This document shows, one piece after another, positions 13,263-25,780 of a stretch of 64,000 nt of DNA. The stretch covers positions 201,314,001 to 201,378,000 of the forward strand of contig CM126205.1 of assembly GCA_052327205.1 (NCBI GenBank), written 5' to 3'. The first letter of the stretch is position 1. Every line of letters begins with the position of its first letter. The notes beneath the pieces are model-generated. The model ran no database searches. It saw only the letters and a program-made list of their open reading frames with translations, and was not told the origin of the DNA. Both the position numbers and the translations under genes were made by a program. Source of the DNA: Somniosus microcephalus. Its lineage: Eukaryota.

Positions 13263-14765
13263 GGATAGCATTTAGGAGTAGAACCCCACATGGATTCTTC
13301 CCCTCCTTTATTCAATTGCACCGAGGCCGACTGGAATACTAATCACAGCTGCTCGGGGTGAAATCAGTTAATTCAGCACTGGGGTCTTCCTGGATGTTAT
13401 GGTTCAGTACCTCAATAGGCTGTGTACATTTACTAATTGGTTCAACAATGCAAAAGTTTCATCTTTAATTCAAATTGGCAGCAATACATGCAGCTCTCAT
13501 TTAGAAAACCCTCTCTCAAAAGCCTTTTCAAAGAAGCAATACACATCTCGCAATAACTGTCATTTTGAGTGGAAAAATATAAATTTAGGGAATCATTTAA
13601 CTAATACACAATGCTTCAATTTCAATGTTTCCAACACAAACACACCGACACAGATGACCCTTTTTAAAAATCTCAACTTATTTTAATTTAACTTTAAAAA
13701 ATGTTAAAGTCAGAACAATTTTAAACGACTTCAATGCTGTAGTCCCGAATAAGGCTTTGCAATCATAAGCCTACCCATGCAACATTTTTAAGTCACCTCC
13801 TATACTTATAATTAAAGGAATAAGTAAAATGTACTTACCTGTGGTAGGCCTCCCGATTGGAGCCACCAATTTTCCTGTTTCAAAGAGGCTGGGGCGCCTA
13901 AAGCGGATGTTGCAACCCCCAGCTGATCGGATCTGAATACCTAGTGCTATTAAAGATAAATTTTTGGAAAATAAATGGCTGTTAAAGAAACTAAAAAATG
14001 AACATGGAGAGGACATCCACATCTTGGGGATTCCTCAAAAAAATATTCCAGTGAGATTTTTTAATACCAGACAGGAAGCTTTAGATCCTTCATGCAAACT
14101 GTTGAGTTTTAGGGAAGGTTGGGACCACCTAGTTAGGTATTACATGTGAACTCTAGGTACCCCACCCTCTCTTTAACAGGAAAAATGGTAGCTGCAATTT
14201 TTAGGAAGTAAATGTTATTTATTCAGTCTTTTAGATGTAGAGATTGATTTAAAAATTAGGGGAAAGAACTATGATTTCAAGCATCAACTTCCAAGTTTAC
14301 AGAATCTTATCCTCACGTTTCCCTTTCAGTTTTGCAAATGTTGATGATGTAGTGGCTTGGTGCACCAATGTACCAGACCATGTTGTTTGTGATTCCTCAC
14401 ACAATGACTTCCCCATCTCAACGATGCCAACAGAGAAAAATGCAAGGAGGGCTCAGTACTTATCCATTAAATAGGAGCGAATTAGTAGACAACTCACCCT
14501 ACACTATTCATACAGATGTGCTACTGACCAACTCAAGGAGCTTAGAGAATAAAGCAGGGAGAACTTCTTAGAAAGAAGAAAAAAAAATGAAAGGGGAGGA
14601 ATACTGATTTTTACCGGATTGTAATAAAATCCAACTTAAAAACCAGATAGATAAAAGTAGCTATCTTGTAAATATTTGTATATAATCAAACCCTACTGAT
14701 TATATACTTAAGTGACTGCATATACAAAAAAGGAAACAGTTGATAGAAAGAGTTGCTGTACTTAC

Positions 14766-14913
14766 TGTCAGTAACTGGTTCCATGCAAAACCCTAGCAAA
14801 GCATGTAAGAAATCCACTACATTGTTCAGGGAATCCTTGTTCACATACTCCCGCAGAGTTTGACGAAACTGTACTTTGCTAAGTTTGTACAATCTAGTAA
14901 GGCAGTTCTGTGC
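14766..14913 (-). CDS. UNC80: UNC80 coding exon: AQNCLTRLYKLSKVQFRQTLREYVNKDSLNNVVDFLHALLGFCMEPVTD
   Basis: Acceptor cattttag, donor gtaagt, 148 nt, phase 0->1. Confidence 0.96.
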
Positions 14914-15457
14914 CTAAAATGATTAATACATTTTAAAATAAACAATGCTTAGTATTAGCTAACAATAATGTTGAACAAATTTGTATAAAATTGTTGCTAG
15001 CATCAGATATGCTTCAGTGAAAGATTAACAAAGCAATGTTTATTAATTCATGTGTATATTGTGCGAAGGAAACAATGATAAGACGATACACTTTAGTACA
15101 GTACTACTGCTAGATCACAGTTCCATAATATTGAAGAAATTAGTCCTATTTTTCTGTTCAAAAATGGCAGTGGATCAGCTTACGATTAGTTCAGTGGGGT
15201 TTGAGACATGGCAGGCCCAATATAAGGGGTTAATACTGGAGCTGAAATTATTTTCAACTGAGTTTAAAAGAAGTCTGCGATATGATTGAGTTATAATTTT
15301 GGGTAAATCTGAAAAATTGCCCTAATTATAATCAGGCTTATCTTGGGGTGAATTGAACAACCAGCAATGGTAAAAGACCATGGGGTCTTTTATCTGGTTT
15401 TTCATCTCTCCTGGGAGATCACATGGGTTCGGGTGGATGCAGAGTGATAGAAGATTT

Positions 15458-15555
15458 GAGGTTAGGATCAGATCAGCCATGATCTTATTGAATGGTGGAG
15501 CAGGCTCGAGGGGCCGATTGGCCTACTCCTGCTCCTATTTCTTATGTTCTTATGT
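15458..15555 (+). mobile_element. Ultra-short CR1 3' tail
   Basis: gatcagccatgatcttattgaatgg...ggcctactcctgctcctatttcttatgttcttatgt. Confidence 0.88.
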
Positions 15556-15682
15556 ACATTACTCCCCAAAAGTGTCTTAGCCTCCAAACATAGAATAGCT
15601 CCATTTACTCTGTGACATTTCTTGGTCACCTCTTCATCATTCTTAATCTTGCTGTTAGTATTCATAAACAGAAGCCGCTTAC

Positions 15683-15814
15683 TTGAAGGCGGAGACGATC
15701 TCCTGACAGCCCACGGTGGCCCTCACCACAGCCATATGCACATCCCAGTGACTTCACTATTTTGATGAGCATTGTTAGCGTAAGTTTATGAATGTCCCCT
15801 GGGATATCTTCATC
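15683..15814 (-). CDS. UNC80: UNC80 coding exon: DEDIPGDIHKLTLTMLIKIVKSLGCAYGCGEGHRGLSGDRLRLQ
   Basis: Acceptor tttacttag, donor gtaagc, 132 nt, phase 0->0. Conserved SLGCAYGCGEGHRG motif. Confidence 0.96.
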
Positions 15815-16439
15815 CTAAGTAAACAGAAATACAATTTAGCGCTTCATTGTAAGAGACTAGTTGCAAACACTTGCACAAAAAGCTGTATTGTGGAATGATT
15901 TCCTCCTGCAATATATCTGTTGGTGTTTGTGGAGGGAAGGACTAGGGCTCACATAGTATCAGGGTTTTTGTACTCAAGTATAAATGCTGGATTTGCTGAA
16001 TAATTTAGTATATTTCATAGCATATAAGCTGAAAAATTTCCAAAACATTCAAATAATTTTAACTGTTTAAAAGTTTGAAACAGATTTTTTCCCTTTTTCT
16101 CACACCCTCCTTGAAGGTAATGGCTTACACTGGGATATGGTTCCACAGATGCTGAATGCCCTCTGGTACCTCATCCAAGTGGTGATTGGACATAGACAGT
16201 GAGCATTGGTGGTCTATTTGACTGTGAAGGACATTATAGCTGAGCTTGATCCTGTCTTCACTCATCATACACATATACACACTATCCAGTAGGAGTCATC
16301 AGTAGTCAAAAGTGGCAATATTGACTGTTTGCCACCCTGGACTAAGGACACTCGTCAATTTCAGTACCCGACCACTTAAGAACAAATTTGCATCACATTT
16401 TTTAAATCTGTATTCTGGAGTCTCTTAAAACTATGACAA

Positions 16440-17318
16440 TTCTTACAACAAGTATTTATACAGCGCCTTTAACGTAGTAAAATGTCCCAAGGCACTTCAC
16501 AGGAGTGCTATTAAAGAAAATTTGACCGAGCACACAAGATGATAATTAGGGCAGGTGATCAAAAGCTTGGTCAAAGAGGTAGGTTTTGAGAAGCGTCTTC
16601 AAGGAGGAGAGAGGCAGAGTGGAGAAGAGGTTTAGGGAGGGAATTTCAGAGCTTAGGACCTTGGCCACTGAAGGCACGGGGACGAATGGTGGAGCAATTA
16701 AAATCAGACCCGCTCAAGAGGCCAGAATTAGAGGCGCGCAGATAGCTCGGAGGGTTGTGGGGCTGGAGGAGATTACACAGACGGAGGGGCGAGGCCATGG
16801 AGGGATCTGAAAACAAGGATGAGAATTTTAAAATTGAGGTGTTGCTTAACCAGGAGCCAAGGTAGGTCAGTGAGCACAGGGGTGATGGGTGAACGGGACT
16901 TGGTGCGAGTTAGGACAAGGGCAGTAGAGTTTTGGATGACCTCAAGTTTACGTAGAGTAGAACGTGGGAGGCCGGCCTGGAGTGCGTTGAATAGTCAAGT
17001 CTAGAAGTAACAAAGGCACGGATGAGGGTTTCAGCAGCAGATGAGCTGAGGTAGTGGCGGAGTCGGGCGATGTTAGAGGTGGGCGATGTTAGAGGTGGGC
17101 GATGTTAGAGGTGGGCGATGTTACGGAGGTGGAAATAGGCAGTCTTGGTAATGGCGCAGATATGTGGTCGGAAGCTCATTTCAGGGTCAAGTATGACACC
17201 AAGGTTGCGAACAGTCTGGTTCAGCCTCAGACAGATGCTAGGGAGAGGGATGGAGTCAGTGGCTAGGGAATAAAGTTTGTGGCAGGGACTGAAGACAATG
17301 GCTTTGGTCTTCCCAATA
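16440..17318 (-). mobile_element. L2 LINE 3' fragment
   Basis: Colinear with 1420-2240 (same L2 family). Contains a local 16-bp tandem expansion. Confidence 0.88.
17065..17130. repeat. Tandem repeat (gggcgatgttagaggt)x3 plus one ancestral-type copy
   Basis: Read directly. The motif is single-copy in the paralogous L2 at about 2020. Confidence 0.92.
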
Positions 17319-17531
17319 TAATACTAAACTGGATCAGTTGATAACCATGGCAATAGAGTCACTGTAAATCTCCCTCAGATTGTTCTTTTACACATCCTCG
17401 CATATAGTTATAATAAAAAGCAAAGTTGGTTCAATCAAAGTTAATGCTAAATTATGTATTTATTGTATTTCGTCAATGTTCCATTTTTTTTTTAGCTGAC
17501 TGGTTAACATATTTGCATTAACCAGTGCACT

Positions 17532-17795
17532 TAAAAATAGTGCAGAGGAATTTAACCCATATGTATTTATATTGGAAACGTTTTACAGAGGGTTTGTAAA
17601 ATCTATCTCGCTTATAGTTATGAAGCAAAATCTACACCCTTTTGGCTGGACAGCAATATGAAACTTGGGGAAAGCTAACAAAAAGGAAACAAACAGTGAC
17701 ATTTATAATATTCAAGAAACAGATTCTACAAGCCCTCTGTAAAATATTTCCAATATAAATAAATATGGGTTAAATTCCTCTCTGCACTATTTTTA
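17532..17795. repeat. Long inverted repeat / foldback MITE (~73-bp arms)
   Basis: Arm 17532-17604 (taaaaatagtgcagaggaatttaacccatat...gtaaaatct) is the approximate reverse complement of 17721-17795. Confidence 0.85.
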
Positions 17796-19026
17796 GAGGC
17801 ATGTAAAATGTAGATTTCAGCAGATTATCTAATTTAGACTGTGTGCAAAAGATTAGTAAGTATGAGAATAAAATTAACCAGCCTCAAGCAAGATGTGAGA
17901 TTTGAAGAATTTCTCTTTCCGACTGAGTTAGGGATACATGGAACAGACTCCCAAAATAAAGCTGTAATTGTATGTCAATTAATATCGTTAATGAAACAGC
18001 TGAATGATTATGTGGTGAAGGTGAAAAAGATGGTTACTACTTGAGAAAATCAAATGCTGTTGTGAACCAAGGTGCCTGTGCTGCTAGGACTATGGAAGTA
18101 TCACACCAAAGTAGACAACAGGTCTGGAGTGTAGAATGCAAGGTTACATAGGTATTCTGGAGTTTTAGTTCAGGGAAAGGATGACACTTTGCAGTGCTTT
18201 TCCTCAGGAGATTAAATAGGTTGGATGAAGTACATGATGGAGCAGAACGTATGTGCATTATGGAAGGAATTGGATTTATGGAACAAGAGGTCATTCCTCA
18301 TTAGATGCTTTCATGTTTTTGAAGACGGTTGGAGTGGGAGACTTTTTAAGCATGTCTTTCAGGATTCTTTACCTTACTGAATAGGTATTCCCTCAAGTTT
18401 GCTGTTATGTAGCTGTAATTATTTTGAATTAAAGGCAGGGCATGCTTTATAGAATGGAGAAGGGAGCATCAATTCGATCTGTAACATGGTGACATTATCA
18501 TGTCTTCAGCCACATTACATTTTTTGATTTTTCATTTTTTTGTTTGATTTTAGTTTTAATAAATACTAGGTAATTTGTTTCTAAATGTTGGAAGAAAAAC
18601 CATGCCAGTGGACCAACATGGTAATGCAAGAGTTTTGCAATAGGCTGTTCCAGGAATTAAGTCTGCCTTAAGTTTCCAAATAATGTGATAATGGTGCTGC
18701 TTTAATTAGCAAAAATGCACTGGACAGTGTCCCTTCAGTATAATTTCTTCAAAATAAGCTCTTTAAACAGAACAATTTTCCAAACGAAACATTTACTTTA
18801 CTTTTCATATCCTTTTTACATAGAGACACACTTAAAAATTAAAGTCCTAGCTATTCTTTATTTTAATGCGAACACTTGTACTGCAATCACCAATTACTGC
18901 TCTTTTTATCAAAAACTCCAAACTTGACAACTAAAAAGGATCTAACCCGATTAGTTTATCAATAAAGAAATGCTATATTTCACACACTTTTCACCGTTTG
19001 AAAGCTAAATGTAGGAAATAACAAAC

Positions 19027-19359
19027 CTGCTCTTGACTTTTGCTCTTTTTGTCTCCATCACCTCCTCCGCCTCCTCCTCCTCCACCTCCGTCACCATCTC
19101 CACCTCCACTTGCACTTCCATCCTCTGGTGCAGCTGCAAATGCACTGGATGATCCTCCTGGTGCTCCTCGCTGACTGGCTGCTTCTTTCTGCCATTTCTC
19201 ATCCATATTATTCTCCTTATTTTCTTCAATTTTGTAATTCTTATTCACCGATGGAACCACCTCCAGCTGCAGCAGGTAGTCAATGATGTTTAGCCCCACA
19301 TCACATATACGAGAACTAATATCATGGTTAAGCACCACAAACAAAGCTTTTAGAATTAC
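19027..19359 (-). CDS. UNC80: UNC80 coding exon containing the poly-Gly tract: VILKALFVVLNHDISSRICDV...GGGGGGGGGGDGDKKSKSQEQ
   Basis: Acceptor catttttag, donor gtttgt, 333 nt, phase 0->0. VLNHDISSRICDV motif and Gly-rich loop as in mammalian UNC80. Confidence 0.94.
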
Positions 19360-20213
19360 CTAAAAATGTAAAAAAAAAGTCCATTTACAAATACAATACC
19401 AAGAATTGTCACAGTACACATATTTGAATAGTTAAAATTATGTAAAGATCCTTAGTTCAAAGTAATCAGCATAGCTGTTGATGACGATCCTTTGACTAAT
19501 CTAAACAAATATATTTTGCCATCTCAAGATAGCTCTGCATTAAAAACAAAGCGCCCAGATTCAAACACAATCAGCCGAATCACAGCAAAAGATCGGAGAA
19601 TTTAAAATGTAAGTGAGTTACCAAAAAGACTTACACTCATGTTTTCTGCTGGTTCAAGATTCAGTTGGCCTGAATCTGAGCCTGCCCACAAAACTGGCCA
19701 TGTCCCTCGGTCGAAATTGCAAGATTGCGCTGGTTTGAGAAGGATCTTCAAATTGCGCACATTATCTTAGATGCATAGGTGCTAGTAGGCACATTTTAAA
19801 AGATTTTTATATCAAAAATATTTAATTTACTAAGAAACTGACTAGTGTACACCAATGAAACTGTAATGGTTCAGTATAGTTCTTTCAAGTCATTTTCAGT
19901 GATTTCAAATCAGGTTACTCACAGGTGGAGGACTGGACACCCTTACTAAAAATGCTTATTAATGTATTAATAAAACTGCATCAGGTTACCTCTCTTAAAT
20001 ACATCAAGGAATACTTGTTAATGGAAAGAAAAAAAAAACGATTATGTTCTATTATGCTGCCCAATTGTGCTGGTTCATGGAGGATTTTACGTTTTGATTA
20101 TGCAAATGAATTTTAGCAGAAACCTGACTGTAACCTAACCAGTGCAATTTCAAGTGCATTTTGGGCACAAGCGGTATTTTTTTTCCAAACCAATACAAAT
20201 TAAGTAAATTCTT

Positions 20214-20843
20214 TGTTAGACATCTTGGAGAGATGTACGTTGGACATCTTGGGGAGTTAAAAGTTAAAAGAACTTCTTTGTTAAACAGGATGACATTGAT
20301 GTGTCGTAAAAGGAATGCATTGTCAGGCTTTCTGATATAAACAGGATGACATTGAAGTGTTGAGGAGAAGGCATGGCTTGTCTTCTGCTATGTAAAGTGC
20401 TTGTGTAAAGGAATACGTGTTACTAATGACATCACCCATAAATGGTTTAGTTTTAGGGTAATAAAATACAGGAGCAAGTCCTTTTTGTTAAAAATAACAG
20501 TAGGTAAAGGAAGTTTTGTTTAAGGGAAGTGGTTCTGAGGTAAAGAATTGCAAACTGTTTACATAGATAGTCTGTTTTCAGAGGATTTGGGGAAATAGAT
20601 ACGACATTTTGATCATTTTCCTTTGATGTAGTCAATATATGGTGTATAAAGGAGTATGGTTTTCAACAGTTTGTCAGAGTGTACTCGAAAGATACAGAAA
20701 CCAAATATCCACTCTCTGTATACAGTTAAAGACCGATCACCTTTACCGTGTATCAATAAAGTCTGTTCCGTATACTCCACTACAAAGTCTCGTGCTTACT
20801 CAAAACATGTTGTGAAACAGAGGAGAAAGGAGGTTGCTTAACA
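20214..20843 (+). mobile_element. Solo LTR (630 bp)
   Basis: TGTTA...TAACA inverted ends, perfect 5-bp TSD ttctt (20209-13 / 20844-48), TATA-like gtataaa near 20645, AATAAA at 20755, duplicated taaacaggatgacattga in the U3-like part. Confidence 0.82.
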
Positions 20844-20883
20844 TTCTTCATCATGAGTAATGGTCAAGCATCTGCATTGTATC

Positions 20884-23800
20884 ATGGTAGCATAGTGGTA
20901 ATGTCACTGGGCGAGTAATTCAGAGGCCTGGACTAATGATCCAGAGACACGAGTTCAAATCCCACCCCAGCAGCTGGGGAATTTTAATTTAATTAAATAA
21001 ATCTGGAATAATTACTAGTGAAACTATCGGATTGTTGTAAAAATCCATCTGGTTCACTAATATCCTTTAGGGAAGGAAGTCTGCCGTCCTTACCTAGTTT
21101 GGCCTATATGTGACTCCAGATCCACAGCAATGTGGTTGACTCTGAAATGGCCTAGCAAGTCACTCAGTTGTAACTAACCACTATGAAACAAAATAATAAG
21201 AATGAAACCGAACGGACCACCTGGCATCGACCTCGGCACCGGAACACCCAGCCCAGTCAACTCTGCAAAGTTCTCCTCACCAACATCTGGGGACTTGTGC
21301 CAAAATTGGGAGAGCTGTCAATGTCCCAAACTCCACCATCACCATCCCTGGATATGTCCTGTCCCATCGGCAGGACAGACCCACCAGGGGTGGCGGCACA
21401 GTGGTATACAGTCGGGAGGGAGTGGCCCTGGGAGTCCTCAACATTGACTCCAGGCACCATGAAGTCTCATGGCTTCAGGTCAAGCATGGGCAAGGAAACC
21501 TCCTGCTGATCACCACCTACTGATTTCCGTCATCTGATGAATCAGTACCCCTCCATGTTGAATACCACTTGGAAGAAGCACAGAGTAGAAAGGGCACAGA
21601 ATGTACTCTGGGTGGGAGACTTCAATGTCCATCACCAAGAGTGGCTCAGTAGCACCACTACTGACTGAGCTGGCCAAGCCCTGAAGGACATAACTGCCAG
21701 TCTGGGCCTGCGACAGGTGGTGAGTGAACCAACATGAGGGAAAAACCTATTTGACCTCGTCCTCACCAATCTGTTGCAGATGCATCTGTTCATGACAGCA
21801 TTGGCAGCAGTGACCACCGCACAGTCATTGTGGAAACATAGAAGATAGGAGCAGGAGTAGGCCATTCGGCCCAACGAGCCTGCTCCGCCATTCAATGCGA
21901 TCATGGCTGATCATCCAAATTCAGTACCCGGTCCCTGCTTTCTCCCCATACCCCTTGATCCCTTTAGCCTTAAGAAATATATCCAACTCCTTCTTGAATA
22001 TATTTAATGTATTGGCCTCTACTGCCTTCTGTGGTAGAGAATTCCACAGGTTCACCACTCTCTGGGTGAAGAAATTCCTCCTCATTTCTGTCCTAAATGG
22101 CCTACCCCTTATCCTTAGACTGTGACCCCTGGTTCTGGACTCCCTGACCATCGGGAACATCCTTCCTGCATCTAGTCTGTCCAGTCCTGTCAGAACTTTA
22201 TAAGTTTCAATGAGATCCCCTCTCATTCTTCTAAACTCCAGCGAGTATAAGCCCAATCGACTCAATCTCTCCTCATACGTCATTCCTGCCATCCCAGGTA
22301 TCAGCCTGGCGAATCTTCGCTGAACTCCTTCCATTGCAAGAACATCCTTCCTCAGATAAGGCGACCAAAACTGCACACAATACTCAAGATGTGGAGACGG
22401 AGTCCCGACTTCACACTGAGGACACGCTCCATCGTGTTGTATGGCATTACCACCGTGCTAAATGGGATAGATTCAGAACAGATGTAGCAGATCAAAACTG
22501 GGCATCCATGAGGTGCTGTGGGCCATCAGCAGCAGCAGAATTGTATTCCACCACAATCTGTAAACTCATGGCCCAGCATATCCCTCACTCTACCATTACC
22601 ACCAAGCCAGGAGACCAACCCTGGTTCAATAAGGAGTATAGAAGAGCATGTCAGGAGCAGCACCAGACGTACCTAAAAATGAGGTGCCGACCTGGGGAAG
22701 CTGCAACACAGGACTACATGCATGCTAAAAAGCAGAAGCAGCATGCTATAGACAGGGCTAAGCGATCCCACAATCAAAGGATCAGATCAAAGCTCTGCAG
22801 TCCTGCCACATCTAGTCGTGAAAGGTGGTGGACCATTAAACAACTAACGGGAGATGGAGGCTCCAAGAATATCCCCATCCTCAATGATGGTGGAGTCCAG
22901 CACGTGAGTGCAAAAGACAAGGCTGAAGCGTTTGCAACCAACTTCAGCCAGAAGTGCCGAGTGGATGATCCATCTCGGCATACTCCCGAGGTGCCCACCA
23001 TCACAGAAGCCAGTCTTCAGCAAATTCAATTCACTCCACGCGATATCAAGAAATGGCTGAGCGCACTGGATACAGCAAACGCTATGGGCCCCGACAACAT
23101 CCTGGCTATCGTGCTGAAGACTTGTGCTCCAGAACTAGCCGTGCCGCGCCTCTAGCAAAGCTGTTCCAGTACAGCTACAACACTGGCATCTATCTGACAA
23201 TGTGGAAAACTGCCCAGGTATGTCCTGTCCACAAAAAGCAGGACAAATCCAACCCGGCCAATTACCGCCCCATCAGTCTACTCTCAATCATCAGCAAAGT
23301 GATGGAAGGTGTCATCGACAGTGCTATCAAGTGGCACTTACTCAGCAATAACTTGCTCACTGATGCCCAGTTTGGTTTCCGCCAAGACCACTCAGCTCCT
23401 GACCTTGTTACAGCCTTGGTCCAAACAAAGGAGCTGAATTCCAGAGGTGAGGTGAGAGTGACTGCCCTTGACATCAAGGCAGCATTTGACAGAGTCTGGC
23501 ATCAAGGAGCCCTAGTAAAACTGAAGTCAATGGGAATCAGGGGGAAAACGCTCCACTGGCTGGAGTCATACCTAGCACAAAGGAAGATGGTTGTGGTGGT
23601 TGAAGGTCAATCATCTCAGCCCCAGGACATCGCTGCAGGAGCCATCTTCAGCTACTTCATCAATGACGTTCCCTCCAACATAAGTTCAGAAATGGGGATG
23701 TTCGCTGAAGACAGCAGATTGTTCAGTGCCATTCACAACGCCTCAGATAATGAAGCAGTCCATGCCCGCATGCAACAAGACCTGGACGACGTTCAGGCTT

Positions 23801-24590
23801 GGGCTGATAAGTGGCAAGTAACATTTGCGGCAGAGAAGTGCCAGGCAATGACTATCTCCAACAAGCGAGTCTAACCACCTCCCCTTGCCATTCAATGGCA
23901 TTACCATTGCCGAATCCCCCACTATCAACATCCTGGGGGTCACCATTGACCAGAAACTTAACTGGACCAGCCACATAAATACTGTGGCTACAAGAACAGA
24001 TCAGAGGCTAGGTATTCTGCGGCAAGTGTCCCACCTCCTGACTCCCCAAAGCCTTTCCACCATCTACAAGGCACAAGTAAGGAATGTGATGGAATACTCT
24101 CCATTTGCCTGGATGAGTGCAGCTCCAACAACACTCAAGAAGCTCAACACCATCCAGGACAAAGCAGCCCGCTTGACTGGCACCCCATCCACCACCTTAA
24201 ACATTCACTCACTGCACCACCGACGTACCGTGGCTGCAGTGTGTACCATCTACATGATGCATTGCAGCAACTCGCCAAGGCTTCTTCGGCAGCACCTCCC
24301 AAACCCACGACCTCTTCCACCTAGCAGGACAAGGGCAGCAGGTGCATGGGAACACCACCACCTGCAAGTTCCCCTCCAAGTCACACATCATCCTGACTTA
24401 GAAGTATATTGCCGATTCTTCATCATCGCTGGGTCAAAATCCTGGAACTCCCTCCCTAACAGCACTGTGGGAGTACCATCACCACATGGCCTGCAGCAGT
24501 TCAAGAAGGTGGTTCACCACCACCTTCTCAAGGGCAACTAGGGATGGGCAATAAATGCTGGCCCAGATCGCATAAATGAATAAAAAAAGT
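20884..24590 (+). mobile_element. Single-ORF CR1-group LINE (L2/Crack/Daphne-like) with a tRNA-like 5' head; APE + RT, frameshifted
   Basis: A/B boxes at 20885-20963. APE motif TNIWGLVPKLGEL; RT motifs NYRPISLLSIISKVMEG and LDIKAAFDRVWH. Tail gggcaataaatgctggcc...aataaaaaaa. Confidence 0.85.
21835..22389 (-). mobile_element. Young CR1 3' fragment nested in the tRNA-headed LINE
   Basis: ORF 21921-22376 (RT C-terminus). tgtgga duplicated at 21829-34 and 22390-95. Confidence 0.92.
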
Positions 24591-25416
24591 TCCATTTGTA
24601 ATTCCTCAGAAAATGAAGCAGTTCACACCTGTATGCAGCAAGACCTGGACAACATCCAGGCTTGGGCTGATAAGTGGCAAGTAACATTTGCACACAAGTG
24701 CCAAGCAATGACCATAGATTCAGAAATTTATGGCACATAAGGAGGCCATTTGTCCCATCATGTCTTTGCCAACCGAAAAAGAGCTATCCAGCCTAATCTC
24801 ACTTTCCAGCCCTTGGTCTGTAGCCTTGTAGATCACGGCACTTCATGTGCATATCAAAGTACTTTTTAAATGCAATGAGGGTTTCTGCCTCTACCAGCCT
24901 TTCAGGCAATGAGTTCCAGACCCCCACCACCCTCTGGGTGAAAAAAGTTATCCTCAACTCCCCTCTAATCCTTCTACCAATTACTTTAAATCTATGCCCC
25001 CTGATTATTGACCTCTCTGCTAAGGAAATAGGTCCTTCCTATCCACTCGATCTAGGCCTCTCATAATTTTATACACCTCAATTAAGTCTCCCCTCAGCCT
25101 CCTCTATTCCAAAGAAAACCCCAGCCTATCCAATCTTTCCTCATAACTAAAATTCTCCAGTCCTGGCAACATGTGGTGACCAGAACTGTACGCAGTATTC
25201 TAGCTGTGGTCTAACTAGTGTTTTATGCAGTTCAAGCATAACCTCCCTGTTCTTATAGTCTATGCCTCCGCTAATAAACAAAAGTATCCCATATGCCTTC
25301 TTAACCACCTTATCTACTGTCCTGCTACTTTCAGGGATCATGTGGACATGCACTCCAAAATCCCACTGTTCCTCAACACTTCTCAGTATCCTACTATTTA
25401 TTGTGTATTCTCTTGG

Positions 25417-25780
25417 AACCATAGAAATTTACAGCACGGAAGGAGGCCATTTCGGCCCATCGTGTCTGCGCCGGCCAACAAAGAGCTATCCAGCCTAATC
25501 CCACTTCCCAGCTCTTGGTCCACAGCCCTGCAGGTTAGAGCATCCCAAGTGCACATCCAAGTACTTTTTAAATGTGGTTAGGGTTTCTGCCTCCACCACC
25601 CTTTCAGGCAGTGAGTTCCAGACCCCCACAACCCTCTGGGTGAAGACATTTCCCCTCAAATCCCCTCTAAACCTTCCACGAATTACTTTAAATCTGTGCC
25701 CCCCTAGCTTTTGACCCCTCTGCTAAGGGAAATAAGTCCTTTCTATCCACTTTATCTATGCCCCTCATAATTTTATACAC
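25417..25780 (-). mobile_element. CR1 3' fragment inserted in the same orientation into a related CR1
   Basis: A second copy of the tail/3' end (compare 24716-25080) interrupts attgtgtattctcttg|ctcgttagccctcc. Confidence 0.8.
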
